DNA of 64,000 bases from an uncultured Lachnospiraceae bacterium (GCA_902786205.1 CADABQ010000002.1:108586-172585); one strand, 5' to 3'. Numbered from the stretch's first letter, positions 35,561 to 46,537 are shown. A program made the numbers and translations. Notes: a model not told the origin generated them from the letters alone.

Positions 35561-36358
35561 ATGTTTATAGAAAGATTAATTAGTGGCATTATACTTGTTA
35601 TTTTGACAATCGCAGCTATATGGGTTGGGCATCCGATTTTATTGGGTGTTGTATGTATAGTATCGTTGATTGGTCAATTTGAGCTATACCGTGTCTTAAA
35701 ACTGGAGAAAAATGTATTAGGGATTGCTGGATATATTGCTACTATTGGATACGAACTTTTATTGTTATATAATAAAGAAAATTATATGCAGGTTTTTGTG
35801 TTTTCAGTTATGCTTGTGTTTATGGCAATTTATGTGATTCTGTATCCAAAATATACATTTAAAGAAATTGCTATGGTTTTTGTCGGAGTCGTTTATGTTA
35901 CTATGATGTTATCTAGTTTATATCAGACTCGTTGCATGGATGGCGGCATATATTTAGTATGGATTGTCTTTATTTCTGCATGGGGCTCTGACACTTGTGC
36001 ATATTGTGTGGGTAAATTTTTTGGAAAACATAAGTTGCCTTCAAAGCTTAGTCCTAAAAAGACAATTGAAGGTTGCACAGGTGGTGTAATTGGAGCAATG
36101 ATAATTGCAGCAATTTATGCATATATTTTTAAAGATAATTTAGAAATGCATGGCTGTTCCATTGCTTTATTTACGATTGTAGGTGGTCTAGGTGCAATAT
36201 GTTCACAGATTGGTGATTTAGCAGCTTCTGCTATAAAAAGAAATTATCAAGTAAAAGATTATGGTACATTAATTCCAGGACATGGTGGAATTATGGATCG
36301 TTTTGATAGTATTTTGTTTACTGCACCACTAGCATTTATATTTTTTAAGTTTATATAA
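35561..36358 (+). CDS. cdsA: Phosphatidate cytidylyltransferase
   Basis: Polytopic membrane protein. Motifs SDTCAYCVGKFFGKHKL..SPKKTIEG and GHGGIMDRFDS. Confidence 0.9.
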   Translation: MFIERLISGIILVILTIAAIWVGHPILLGVVCIVSLIGQFELYRVLKLEKNVLGIAGYIATIGYELLLLYNKENYMQVFVFSVMLVFMAIYVILYPKYTFKEIAMVFVGVVYVTMMLSSLYQTRCMDGGIYLVWIVFISAWGSDTCAYCVGKFFGKHKLPSKLSPKKTIEGCTGGVIGAMIIAAIYAYIFKDNLEMHGCSIALFTIVGGLGAICSQIGDLAASAIKRNYQVKDYGTLIPGHGGIMDRFDSILFTAPLAFIFFKFI

Positions 36359-36492
36359 GTAAATTTTTAATAGGATTGTTGGAGTATGAATTAAGTAGCA
36401 ATTTATAGATATGTGCTAGGGATTTGTTTGCAGGATACTTTGTTCCTTGTTGATAAAGGATCTAAAAATGAAGAAAAGGGTTGAGGTGACAT

Positions 36493-37644
36493 ATGAAAAA
36501 AATAGCGATATTGGGTTCTACTGGTTCCATTGGGACACAGACGTTAGATGTGGTACGTAATAATAAAGATTTAGAAGTGGTTTCTCTTGTTGCAGGAAGT
36601 AATATCGATTTATTGGAAAAACAGATTATAGAATTTCATCCTCGTTATGTTTCAGTTGGGGAGGAAGAAAAGGCAAAAGAATTAAAGGAACGTTTAAAGG
36701 ATAAGCAGGTTGAAGTCTTATTTGGCATGGATGGAATGACTATATGTGCAACTTTGGATGAAGTAGAAATTGTTGTAGCAGCAGTAGTCGGAATGATAGG
36801 AATACGTCCTACGATTGCAGCAATTAAGGCAGGAAAGGATATTGCGCTTGCAAATAAGGAGACATTGGTTACAGCGGGTCATATTATTATGCCTTTGGTA
36901 AAAGAGTGTGGTGTAAAACTTTTGCCTGTAGATAGTGAGCATTCTGCTATTTTTCAATCGCTGAATGGAGAAAAAAATAATAAAATTACTCGTATTTTAC
37001 TAACGGCTTCTGGTGGGCCTTTTCGTGGAAAGAAAAGAGAAGAATTAAAGAATATACAGGTTGAGGATGCATTAAAGCATCCAAATTGGTCCATGGGAAG
37101 AAAGATTACCATTGATTCCTCGACTATGGTTAACAAGGGATTAGAGGTTATGGAAGCAAAATGGTTATTTGATGTTCCGATAGATGCTATAGAAGTAGTG
37201 GTTCAACCTCAAAGCGTGATTCATTCTATGGTAGAATTTGAGGATGGGGCGGTAATGGCACAGCTTGGAACTCCAGATATGCGGTTGCCGATACAGTATG
37301 CTTTGTATTATCCGGAACGAAGAATGCTTCCAGGAGAACGATTACATTTTGAACAGTTAATGCATCTTGATTTTGAAAAGCCGGATATGGATACTTTTAC
37401 AGGATTAAGGCTGGCCTACGAGGTAGGGAGAAAAGGTGGAAGTATGCCGACCGTATATAATGCGGCAAATGAAAGAGCGGTTGCGATGTTTTTAAATCGA
37501 AAGATTGGGTATTTGGAAATTTTGGATGTGATACAATATGCATTGGATCAGCATAAATGGATAGAGAATCCTACAGTGGAAGAAATTCTTGTTATTGAGC
37601 AGGAAGTTTATAAAATGATTGAAAAGAAATGGCCATCTTTATAG
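36493..37644 (+). CDS. dxr: 1-deoxy-D-xylulose 5-phosphate reductoisomerase
   Basis: [39 protein letters not shown]. Confidence 0.95.
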   Translation: MKKIAILGSTGSIGTQTLDVVRNNKDLEVVSLVAGSNIDLLEKQIIEFHPRYVSVGEEEKAKELKERLKDKQVEVLFGMDGMTICATLDEVEIVVAAVVGMIGIRPTIAAIKAGKDIALANKETLVTAGHIIMPLVKECGVKLLPVDSEHSAIFQSLNGEKNNKITRILLTASGGPFRGKKREELKNIQVEDALKHPNWSMGRKITIDSSTMVNKGLEVMEAKWLFDVPIDAIEVVVQPQSVIHSMVEFEDGAVMAQLGTPDMRLPIQYALYYPERRMLPGERLHFEQLMHLDFEKPDMDTFTGLRLAYEVGRKGGSMPTVYNAANERAVAMFLNRKIGYLEILDVIQYALDQHKWIENPTVEEILVIEQEVYKMIEKKWPSL

Positions 37645-37717
37645 GGATGGGATAATCTGTGCTTGCGTTGTTGTCACAGATTTGTAGTTTTTAAAGCAAC
37701 GCGGAAAGAGGTTAGAG

Positions 37718-39076
37718 ATGAATATTATTATTGCATTACTTATTTTTACAGTAATTGTAGTGTTACATGAATTAGGACATTTTTTGTTAGCAAAAAAGAA
37801 TGGAGTGGGTGTTACCGAGTTTTCGGTCGGAATGGGACCACGGTTGTTTACCTTAGTTAAGACGGAAAAAGGAATGACATTTAAATTGGTACCTTCTCAA
37901 AAGTATTGTGAAAGTCGAGAAGATTGGCAGAATCATACATTATATTCTTGGAAATTGCTTCCTATAGGTGGTTCTTGTATGATGGTCGGAGAAGATGAAG
38001 AAAATGATTCAAAAGATGCGTTTCAAAATGCAAGTATTTGGGGAAGAATTGCAATTCTTGCGGCTGGACCATTTTTTAATTTCTTGTCAGCCTTTGTGTT
38101 TTCTGTTATTCTAATTGGTTGTATTGGATATAATCCGGCAATTGTTACTTATGTATCACCAAATTCCTCTGCGGCTGAGGCTGGTATTAAAGAGGGAGAT
38201 CGAATTACCAAGATTAATAATGAAAAGATTACGATTGGATCGGATTGTAATATTTATCTTAGTTTACATGACGTTGGAGATAAGTTAGTAAAGATTAAAT
38301 ATGTGACAAAAGATGGAGAAAAAAAAGAGGCAAAGATAGATCCAAATTACACATATTATCGTTTGGGATATAATTACACTTCATCAAAGGATAATCTTCC
38401 AATGGTTTCTGGTATAGAAAAAGATAGTCCAATGGATAAAGCTGGAGTTAAAGTTGGAGATGAAATTACTTCTATCAATGAAAGTAAAATCGCTTCAGTA
38501 GATGATCTTGCAAAATATTTAGAAAAGAATCCATTGACAGTAGAAAAAGTAACGCTTACGGTGAAGCATGACAATAAGGAAAGACAAATTACAGTAGCAC
38601 CTTATAAGGCAACATTAAAATCACTGCAAATTTCTACTTCAAAACGTGAAAAAGGGAATATCTTACAAACTGTTAGATATGGTGGATCTGAGATTCGTTT
38701 TTGGATTGAAAGTACCGTAAAAAGTCTTGGTATGATGATACATGGAAAAGTAAGCAAAGATGATGTATCGGGCGTAGTAGGTATTGTAGATATGATAGGT
38801 AGCACAGTAGATGCAAGCCCAACAATGGCAGATGTAATGCTGAATCTATTAAATATCGCAATTTTCTTAAGTGCGAACTTAGGTGTTATGAACTTATTGC
38901 CATTTCCAGCATTGGATGGTGGAAGATTGGTATTCCTTTTCATTGAGTTGGTGCGTGGAAAACCAGTAGACCGTGAAAAAGAAGGTATTGTTCATTTGAT
39001 TGGAATTGTCTTACTTATGGTTTTAATGGTATTTGTAACTTATAATGATATTGTCCGCATCATTAGTGGACGATAA
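37718..39076 (+). CDS. rseP: RIP zinc metalloprotease RseP/RasP (site-2 protease with PDZ domains)
   Basis: HELGHF zinc motif in TM1. PDZ-like middle region. LNLLPFPALDGG motif. Confidence 0.9.
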   Translation: MNIIIALLIFTVIVVLHELGHFLLAKKNGVGVTEFSVGMGPRLFTLVKTEKGMTFKLVPSQKYCESREDWQNHTLYSWKLLPIGGSCMMVGEDEENDSKDAFQNASIWGRIAILAAGPFFNFLSAFVFSVILIGCIGYNPAIVTYVSPNSSAAEAGIKEGDRITKINNEKITIGSDCNIYLSLHDVGDKLVKIKYVTKDGEKKEAKIDPNYTYYRLGYNYTSSKDNLPMVSGIEKDSPMDKAGVKVGDEITSINESKIASVDDLAKYLEKNPLTVEKVTLTVKHDNKERQITVAPYKATLKSLQISTSKREKGNILQTVRYGGSEIRFWIESTVKSLGMMIHGKVSKDDVSGVVGIVDMIGSTVDASPTMADVMLNLLNIAIFLSANLGVMNLLPFPALDGGRLVFLFIELVRGKPVDREKEGIVHLIGIVLLMVLMVFVTYNDIVRIISGR

Positions 39077-39110
39077 AATTTGTTTTGTCTGAAAATATTT
39101 TGGATAAATA

Positions 39111-39150
39111 AAACAGTTCAGTATCTGCATAGTGCAGGACTGAACTGTTT
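39111..39150 (+). terminator. Hairpin terminator after rseP
   Basis: AAACAGTTCAGT (39111-39122) pairs with ACTGAACTGTTT (39139-39150), with an inner CTGCA/TGCAG pairing. A weaker second hairpin plus T7 run follows at about 39164-39187. Confidence 0.6.
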
Positions 39151-39349
39151 GTGTTATAATGAGACTACATTAAATGGTAGTTTTTTTCATCTATTTGTAA
39201 CTAAGGCGCTTATAAATATTATAGGTTGAATAGCTAAACAGGGAAAAATATAAAAGAAAAACTGTGAAGATTTCTTAGATTGTATTTTGTAAATGGGGAA
39301 GTATTTATAAATAAAAAGTAGATCGGGTTTTTAGAAAGGATGGAGTAGC

Positions 39350-40408
39350 ATGCAAATGTTAAGAGAACAGACAAAGGAAATTAGAATTGGAGATCGGATT
39401 TTAGGAGGACATAATCCAGTTTTAATACAGTCTATGACAAATACAAAAACAGAAGATGTGAAGGCGACAATACAACAAATTCATCGACTGGAAAATGCTG
39501 GATGTGAACTTGTACGTTGTGCTGTTCCAACAAAAGAGGCAGCTGTTGCATTAAAAAGTATAAAGAAAGAAATTCACATTCCACTTATTGCAGACATTCA
39601 CTTTGATTACCGCTTAGCGATTGCGGCAATGGAAAATGGAGCAGATAAAATTCGAATTAATCCTGGAAATATAGGAGATAACCAGAGAGTAAAAGCAGTA
39701 GTAGATGAGGCAAAAGCCCGTCAGATTCCAATTCGTGTTGGAGTAAACAGTGGTTCTCTTGAAAAGCATTTAGTAGAGAAGTATCATGGGGTTACAGCGG
39801 AAGGAATTGTGGAAAGTGCGCTGGACAAGGTAAAGTTAATCGAAGATATGGGCTATGATAATCTGGTTGTTAGTATCAAGTCATCGGATGTATTAATGTG
39901 TATCAAGGCACATGAAATCATTGCAGAAAAAATAAAATATCCCTTACATGTAGGAATTACAGAATCAGGAACCGTATATTCTGGAAATATAAAATCTTCT
40001 GTAGGATTGGGGGCTATTTTATATCAGGGAATTGGAAATACAATTCGAGTTTCTTTATCTGGAGATCCGGTAGAGGAGATAAAGACAGCTAAATTAGTAT
40101 TAAAAACCTTAGGACTTCGAACAGGAGGAATTGAAGTAGTATCCTGTCCAACCTGTGGAAGAACACAAATCGATCTAATTGGGCTTGCAAATCAAGTAGA
40201 GGACATGGTAAAAGATATCCCTTTAGATATTAAAGTTGCGGTCATGGGATGTGTAGTAAATGGACCAGGAGAGGCAAAAGAAGCAGATATAGGGATTGCA
40301 GGTGGAAAAGGAGAGGGACTCCTTATTAAAAAGGGTGAAATTATTAAAAAAGTACCAGAAGGGCAGTTGCTTTCTGCTTTAAGAGAAGAATTACTAAATT
40401 GGAAATAA
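39350..40408 (+). CDS. ispG: 4-hydroxy-3-methylbut-2-enyl diphosphate synthase
   Basis: IRINPGNIG, VSCPTCGRT, GCVVNGPGE. Confidence 0.95.
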   Translation: MQMLREQTKEIRIGDRILGGHNPVLIQSMTNTKTEDVKATIQQIHRLENAGCELVRCAVPTKEAAVALKSIKKEIHIPLIADIHFDYRLAIAAMENGADKIRINPGNIGDNQRVKAVVDEAKARQIPIRVGVNSGSLEKHLVEKYHGVTAEGIVESALDKVKLIEDMGYDNLVVSIKSSDVLMCIKAHEIIAEKIKYPLHVGITESGTVYSGNIKSSVGLGAILYQGIGNTIRVSLSGDPVEEIKTAKLVLKTLGLRTGGIEVVSCPTCGRTQIDLIGLANQVEDMVKDIPLDIKVAVMGCVVNGPGEAKEADIGIAGGKGEGLLIKKGEIIKKVPEGQLLSALREELLNWK

Positions 40409-40522
40409 TGGTGTTAGCAGGTGATAAATGTTTTTTGGGTTTGTTGTTACCAATTGTTTCTGTTAAAAGATAATTAGGAGAAAATGCATGGAAACAAGAG
40501 TGAAAGGAAAGAGGGATTGATT

Positions 40523-43500
40523 ATGCTTTTTTTTGAAGCATTTGATAATTTGACAGTCAGTAAAGATATGCAGGATTTATTTGAGCATGTTGATGTGAAG
40601 AAAATGGTTGCTTCGAAAGGGAAAAAGCAATTGTCTATATATATAAAAAGTAATCGTCTTATTACATATGCAAATGTAAAAAAGATGGAATATCAGTTAA
40701 AAAAACAGGTATTTCAAAGTGCGATTAATGATATTTTGTTTATAGAACAATATGAATTATCTGAACAGTATACACCGGAAAAGCTAATGCCTATTTATTA
40801 TGAAAGTTTTTTGCTGGAGCTAAAAGAAAAAAGCATTATTGATTTTGAAATTATTAATACGGCATCTTACGAATTTGTTGGAAATCAATTGATTTTTGAC
40901 TGTGAGCGTAATTTTTTATCTGTTAAACGTTCAGCCGAGTTGAGAGAATATTTTCAAAACCTTTTTTTAGAACGTTTTGGATATGAGGTTCAGGTGGAAT
41001 TTAAGTATCATGATGCACCGAAAAAAGAAGAAGAGGAAGAATTTTTTGTTCCGTATTTTAGTAGGGAAATAAAAGAAAAGACGGAGAAAAAAGAAACGAC
41101 TTCTGAAAAAAAAGTGGCAAAGGAGAAAGAGCCTGCGGCAAAAGCAGAGAAAAAAGAATGGAAACGGTTTGATAAAAGCAAATCTGCCTATAGAAGACTT
41201 CCAGACGATCCTGATATTATTTATGGTCGTTCCTTTGAAGGGGATAGTGTACCAATCAGTGAAATTGTAGATGAGATTGGTGAGGTTGTAATCGTTGGAA
41301 AGATATTAAGTAAAGAAGAACGGGAAATTAGAAACGAAAAGACCATTGTCATGTTTAATGTAACGGATTTTACGGATACCATCACTGTAAAAATATTTGT
41401 TAAAAATGAGCAGCTAGAGGATATCAGTGGAAAACTTTCCAAAGGTGCATTTGTTCGAATAAAAGGAATGGCGGTATTTGATCGTTTTGATAAAGAAATT
41501 ACAATCGGTTCTGTTGTGGGAATTAAGACCATAGGGGATTTTACAACAAAACGAGAGGATCATAGTCCAAAGAAACGAGTGGAACTTCATGCCCATACCC
41601 TGATGAGTGATATGGATGCAGTAGTGGATGTAAAGACAATGATTAAACGTGCGAAATCATGGGGACATAAGGCAATTGCCATTACGGACCATGGTGTGGT
41701 ACAGTCTTTTACAGAGGCAGCCCATTGTCTGGATAAAGATGATGATTTTAAGATTATCTATGGAATGGAAGGATATTTGGTAGATGATGTAAAGGATATT
41801 GTGGAAAATGAAAAAGGGCAAAGTCTGGACGATGCTTGTGTTGTATTTGATATTGAGACAACAGGATTTAGTGCAACAAGAGATCGTATTATAGAAATTG
41901 GTGCTGTAAAAGTAGTAGAAGGGAAAATTGTAGATAAATATAGTACCTTTGTAAATCCGGATATACCAATTCCTTTTGAAATTGAAAATCTGACACATAT
42001 TACAGATGAAATGGTTATGGATGCACCTATGATAGATGTAATCTTACCGCAGTTTTTGGAATTTTGTAAAGGATGTATTTTAGTTGCACATAATGCGTCT
42101 TTCGATGTAGGATTTATTCGAACGAAGGCAGCAGAGATGCAAATTGAAACAGATTTTACAGTCGTTGATACGGTTGGGCTTGCCAGAATGTTGCTACCCA
42201 AATTGAATCGTTTTAAATTAAATGTAGTAGCAAAAGAGTTACATGTTTCTTTGGAAAGTCATCATAGAGCGGTGGATGATGCGGGAGCGACAGCGGAAAT
42301 TTTTGTGAAATTTATTGCAATGTTAAAAGAAAAAGGAATCACTACATTACATGATATTAATAAATCGGGAAAATTATCTCCAGAAGTCATTAAAAAATTG
42401 CCAACGTATCATGTCATAATATTAGCAAAAAATGAACTGGGACGTATTAACTTATACCGTTTGGTTTCGAAATCACATATTGAGTATTATAACAGAAGAC
42501 CGAGAATCCCAAAAAGTTTGTTGGAAGAAAATCGCGAAGGGTTAATTATTGGTTCTGCATGTGAAGCGGGGGAATTGTACCGTGCTTTGGTTCGCAAAGA
42601 GTCACAGGATGAAATTACAAGAATTGTAAATTTCTATGATTATTTAGAGATTCAACCGATTGGAAATAATGAATTTATGAAACGTTCTGAAAAATCGGAC
42701 TATGCTGACATTACAACAGATGAGGATTTACAGGAATACAATAAAAAGATCGTAGAGTTGGCAGAGCAGTTTCACAAGCTTTGTGTAGCCACTTGTGATG
42801 TGCATTTCCTTGATCCTAAAGATGAGGTGTATCGTCGGATTATTATGGCAGGAAAAGGATTTGCAGATGCAGATATGCAACCACCGCTATTTTTACGAAC
42901 AACAGAAGAAATGCTGGAAGAATTTAAGTATTTAGGAAGTGAAAAGGCTGAGGAAGTAGTTATTACGAATACTAATAAGGTGGCAGATATGATTGAGTAT
43001 ATTTCTCCAGTTCGACCAGATAAGTGTCCACCAGTTATTGAAAACTCAGATCAAGATTTGCGTCAGATTTGTTATAATAAAGCACATTCTATGTATGGGG
43101 ATCCGCTTCCAGAACCAGTAGAGAGTCGATTGGAAAAAGAGCTTACATCTATTATTGGAAATGGATTTGCCGTAATGTATATTATTGCTCAAAAGCTTGT
43201 ATGGAAGTCAAACGAGGATGGATATTTAGTTGGTTCCAGAGGTTCTGTCGGTTCGTCCTTTGTTGCCACGATGTCGGGAATTACAGAAGTAAATCCGTTA
43301 CCGGCACATTATTATTGTGAAAATTGTCATTATTCAGATTTTGATTCAGAAGAAGTAAAGGCATATGCAGGAAAGTCTGGTTGTGATATGCCGGATAAAC
43401 TGTGTCCGGTTTGTGGAGAGCCGCTAATGAAGGATGGACATGAAATTCCATTTGAAACATTCCTTGGCTTCTATGGGGATAAAGAGCCAGATATTGATTT

Positions 43501-44920
43501 GAACTTTTCAGGAGAATATCAGAACCATGCACATGACTATACCGAGGTTATATTTGGAGATGGACAGACATTTCGTGCAGGAACAATAGGTACTCTAGCG
43601 GAAAAAACAGCCTTTGGCTATGTTTATAAATATTTTGAAGAAAAAGAAATTCATAAAAGAAGACCAGAAATGGAACGAATTGCACAGGGGTGTGTTGGAG
43701 TACGAAGAACCACAGGGCAGCATCCGGGAGGAATTGTAGTATTGCCAATCGGAGAGGAAATCTATTCATTTACTCCCGTACAAAGACCAGCCAATGATAT
43801 GACCACACAAACAATTACCACACATTTTGATTACCATTCTATTGACCATAACTTATTGAAACTAGATATTCTGGGACACGATGATCCTACCATGATTCGA
43901 ATGTTGGAGGATTTGACAGGAGTGGATGCAAAGACGATACGTTTTGATGATGAGAAGGTACTTTCCTTGTTTGCCAATTTGGATGCTTTGCACATTACCG
44001 CGGAGGATTTGGATGGTTGTGATTTGGGTTCTCTTGGTGTACCTGAATTTGGTACAGAATTTGTTATGCAGATGCTTCGAGATACACAGCCGAAAACTTT
44101 TTCTGATTTGGTTCGTATTTCTGGGTTATCGCATGGAACGGATGTATGGTTAAATAATGCACAGTATTTTATTGCACAGGGAAATTGTGAACTGTCTACA
44201 GCCATTTGTACGCGTGATGATATTATGACGTATTTAATTCATATGGGAGTAGAGAATGGTCTGGCATTTAAAATCATGGAAAGCGTACGAAAAGGAAAAG
44301 GATTGCAGGATCACATGGTAGAAGCTATGAAAGAAGCGGGAGTACCAGAGTGGTATATGGAATCCTGTCGAAGAATTAAGTACATGTTCCCAAAGGCACA
44401 TGCGGCAGCCTATGTTATGATGGCATTCCGTATTGCCTATTTTAAAGTATATTATCCATTAGCCTATTATGCAGCGTTCTTCAGTATTCGTGCATCTTCC
44501 TTTAACTATGAATTGATGTGTCTGGGAAGAGAGCGTTTAGAGTATCATATGGCAGATTATAAGAGAAGAAGTAATGAGTTGACGGCAAAAGAGCAAGATA
44601 CATTAAAGGATATGAAACTAGTATTGGAAATGTATGCAAGGGGATTTGAATTTGCACCGATTGATATTTATACAGCAAAAGCCAGATATTTTCAGATTGT
44701 AGATAGAAAGTTAATGCCTTCTCTTAGTACGATTGATGGATTGGGAGATAAAGCGGCAGATGCTGTAGTAGAAGCTGCAAAACAAGGAAAATTTTTATCT
44801 AGACAGGATTTTAAAAATCGATGTAAAGTTAGTAGTACAGTAACAGATTTAATGGCAGACTTAGGTTTGCTGGGAGATTTGCCAATGACAAATCAGATGT
44901 CATTGTTGGACTTTTTATAA
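40523..44920 (+). CDS. polC: DNA polymerase III alpha subunit, PolC type
   Basis: PHP motif VELHAHT. Inserted 3'-5' exonuclease (VVFDIETTG, HNASFDVGF, HRAVDDA). Zn-finger CENCHY...CPVCG. ~1465 aa. ATG 40523 has an AGAGGGA RBS. The track start at 40484 is less likely. Confidence 0.97.
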   Translation: MLFFEAFDNLTVSKDMQDLFEHVDVKKMVASKGKKQLSIYIKSNRLITYANVKKMEYQLKKQVFQSAINDILFIEQYELSEQYTPEKLMPIYYESFLLELKEKSIIDFEIINTASYEFVGNQLIFDCERNFLSVKRSAELREYFQNLFLERFGYEVQVEFKYHDAPKKEEEEEFFVPYFSREIKEKTEKKETTSEKKVAKEKEPAAKAEKKEWKRFDKSKSAYRRLPDDPDIIYGRSFEGDSVPISEIVDEIGEVVIVGKILSKEEREIRNEKTIVMFNVTDFTDTITVKIFVKNEQLEDISGKLSKGAFVRIKGMAVFDRFDKEITIGSVVGIKTIGDFTTKREDHSPKKRVELHAHTLMSDMDAVVDVKTMIKRAKSWGHKAIAITDHGVVQSFTEAAHCLDKDDDFKIIYGMEGYLVDDVKDIVENEKGQSLDDACVVFDIETTGFSATRDRIIEIGAVKVVEGKIVDKYSTFVNPDIPIPFEIENLTHITDEMVMDAPMIDVILPQFLEFCKGCILVAHNASFDVGFIRTKAAEMQIETDFTVVDTVGLARMLLPKLNRFKLNVVAKELHVSLESHHRAVDDAGATAEIFVKFIAMLKEKGITTLHDINKSGKLSPEVIKKLPTYHVIILAKNELGRINLYRLVSKSHIEYYNRRPRIPKSLLEENREGLIIGSACEAGELYRALVRKESQDEITRIVNFYDYLEIQPIGNNEFMKRSEKSDYADITTDEDLQEYNKKIVELAEQFHKLCVATCDVHFLDPKDEVYRRIIMAGKGFADADMQPPLFLRTTEEMLEEFKYLGSEKAEEVVITNTNKVADMIEYISPVRPDKCPPVIENSDQDLRQICYNKAHSMYGDPLPEPVESRLEKELTSIIGNGFAVMYIIAQKLVWKSNEDGYLVGSRGSVGSSFVATMSGITEVNPLPAHYYCENCHYSDFDSEEVKAYAGKSGCDMPDKLCPVCGEPLMKDGHEIPFETFLGFYGDKEPDIDLNFSGEYQNHAHDYTEVIFGDGQTFRAGTIGTLAEKTAFGYVYKYFEEKEIHKRRPEMERIAQGCVGVRRTTGQHPGGIVVLPIGEEIYSFTPVQRPANDMTTQTITTHFDYHSIDHNLLKLDILGHDDPTMIRMLEDLTGVDAKTIRFDDEKVLSLFANLDALHITAEDLDGCDLGSLGVPEFGTEFVMQMLRDTQPKTFSDLVRISGLSHGTDVWLNNAQYFIAQGNCELSTAICTRDDIMTYLIHMGVENGLAFKIMESVRKGKGLQDHMVEAMKEAGVPEWYMESCRRIKYMFPKAHAAAYVMMAFRIAYFKVYYPLAYYAAFFSIRASSFNYELMCLGRERLEYHMADYKRRSNELTAKEQDTLKDMKLVLEMYARGFEFAPIDIYTAKARYFQIVDRKLMPSLSTIDGLGDKAADAVVEAAKQGKFLSRQDFKNRCKVSSTVTDLMADLGLLGDLPMTNQMSLLDFL

Positions 44921-44943
44921 AATGATACGCTTCTTATGCAGGT

Positions 44944-44990
44944 AAAAAATGGGACAAATTCTTTTAAAGAATTGTCCCATTTTTTCTTAT
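44944..44990. terminator. Bidirectional-looking intrinsic terminator after polC
   Basis: AAAAAATGGGACAAATTCTT / AAGAATTGTCCCATTTTTT. The A run and T run flank a ~14-bp stem. Confidence 0.8.
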
Positions 44991-45059
44991 AGAAAAGCTT
45001 GATTTATAAAAGTGCAAGAAACCCACTGCCACTTTTATATGAGCAAATAGGTAACATTT

Positions 45060-45113
45060 CTGCCCGGCTGAACTGTTACGCAAATAGCAAAGTGGATTGC
45101 GAATATATTTGAC
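45060..45113 (+). repeat. Dispersed intergenic sequence block, copy B
   Basis: CTGCCCGGCTGAACTGTTACGCAAATAGCAAAGTGGATTGCGAATATATTTGAC, in the convergent gap between polC and the dac gene. Confidence 0.6.
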
Positions 45114-45187
45114 AAAATAAAAAGTGTTTCATGAGTGAGTTGAATTTTACGAGTGAAAACAGCAGCTCCTATTTTGGCGCCTTACAT

Positions 45188-46537
45188 TTACATTGCATCT
45201 GCAATTTGAACAGCTTGCTCTTTGGTGATATAAGTATGCACATCCTTTTTTATAGAAGAAGGAAGAAGCTTTTTATCTAATACATAAGATAATGCTTTTA
45301 ATTCATCTGTTGAACAAGAGGAACTGTTTTTATATGCTTTGCATTTTTTCTTTAAGGCATTTTTTAGGGAGGCATCGGCTGTTGTTTCGTCTGTTTTAGT
45401 GGTTGCTTCTTTTGAAGCGTTTTGCTCATATAAAATCAGAGAAAAGTCCAGTATAGACAATTTTGCATTTGGCTGTTTTGGCTTTAGGGTCAGCTTAGAT
45501 ATTTTATTAATAATTGAAAGTGAATTTTTCTGTGATGCCTGTTTTGTAGGATAAAAGCGGTCGGAAACAGAAAAATAGCCTTTATTATAATATTTTTGTA
45601 TCAAAGAATTTGTTTTGCGAAAACGGGTGTCCCAAAATCCTTTTTTACAGGCTAATTTTCCCTTCTTAATTTTTTTAAAAGTATAATTTAGTAATTTGCG
45701 GATATCTGTATACATTTGTGCGTGAGTACTGTTTCCAAAAAATGCACAGATGATTTCATGTCCCTTTTTATCTTTTACCGTTGTAATCAATACGGAACCC
45801 GCTGCCCTGGTGGTACCGGTTTTTCCACCAACTACTTGATATAATGAGGTGTTGTAGGAAATTTTATTTAAAAATTGATTAGTATTGTATACCGTAAAAG
45901 CTTTGGTTTTTCCAGATTTTGGAACACGGTAACTGGATTTTGCTACAATAGAGCGAATAGTACTATTTGCCATGGCATGACGAGCAAGAATAGCAAAGTC
46001 TTTCGCAGTAGTATAAGTTTTATTGTAATGATCACCAATATCCAGTCCGATGGGATTGTCCAATACAGTATATGGTAAGGACAAAGATTTTGCTTTTTTA
46101 TTCATTGCCTTTACAAAGGAACCAGTTGTTCCATAGGTACCACATGCTAATACAATAGCAGCATCTGCGGCAGATGGGAGTAGTAACATATGTAAAAGGG
46201 AAGAAACAGAATATTTGCTTCCAGCCTTTAGTCCTGCTACGGAAGCGGAAGAAGGAACCTGCCGTAACATTTTTTTAGTAACTTTAATCTTTTTTGTAGT
46301 TTTACATTTGTCCAAAACGACAAGAGCCGTCATTAATTTTACGGTACTTGCAGGATAAATTTTATGTAGTGCGTTTTTAGAAAGTAAAACATTTCCTGTG
46401 CTTGCGTCCATGATTACATATGCATGAGCGTGTACAGATGGAGCAGAAGCCGCTTGGACGGAAACTACAGGTGTACATACATGTAGCATTAATGCAAATA
46501 CTAATAAAAAAGAACAAATTTTTTTCATGTGTTTCAT
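45188..46537 (-). CDS. Serine-type D-Ala-D-Ala carboxypeptidase (PBP5/DacB-like) with a ~170-aa C-terminal extension
   Basis: Signal peptide. SxxK (ASTVKLMTA), SxN-like (LPSAADAA) and KTG (GKTGTT) motifs. Confidence 0.85.
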   Translation of the reverse strand: MKHMKKICSFLLVFALMLHVCTPVVSVQAASAPSVHAHAYVIMDASTGNVLLSKNALHKIYPASTVKLMTALVVLDKCKTTKKIKVTKKMLRQVPSSASVAGLKAGSKYSVSSLLHMLLLPSAADAAIVLACGTYGTTGSFVKAMNKKAKSLSLPYTVLDNPIGLDIGDHYNKTYTTAKDFAILARHAMANSTIRSIVAKSSYRVPKSGKTKAFTVYNTNQFLNKISYNTSLYQVVGGKTGTTRAAGSVLITTVKDKKGHEIICAFFGNSTHAQMYTDIRKLLNYTFKKIKKGKLACKKGFWDTRFRKTNSLIQKYYNKGYFSVSDRFYPTKQASQKNSLSIINKISKLTLKPKQPNAKLSILDFSLILYEQNASKEATTKTDETTADASLKNALKKKCKAYKNSSSCSTDELKALSYVLDKKLLPSSIKKDVHTYITKEQAVQIADAM

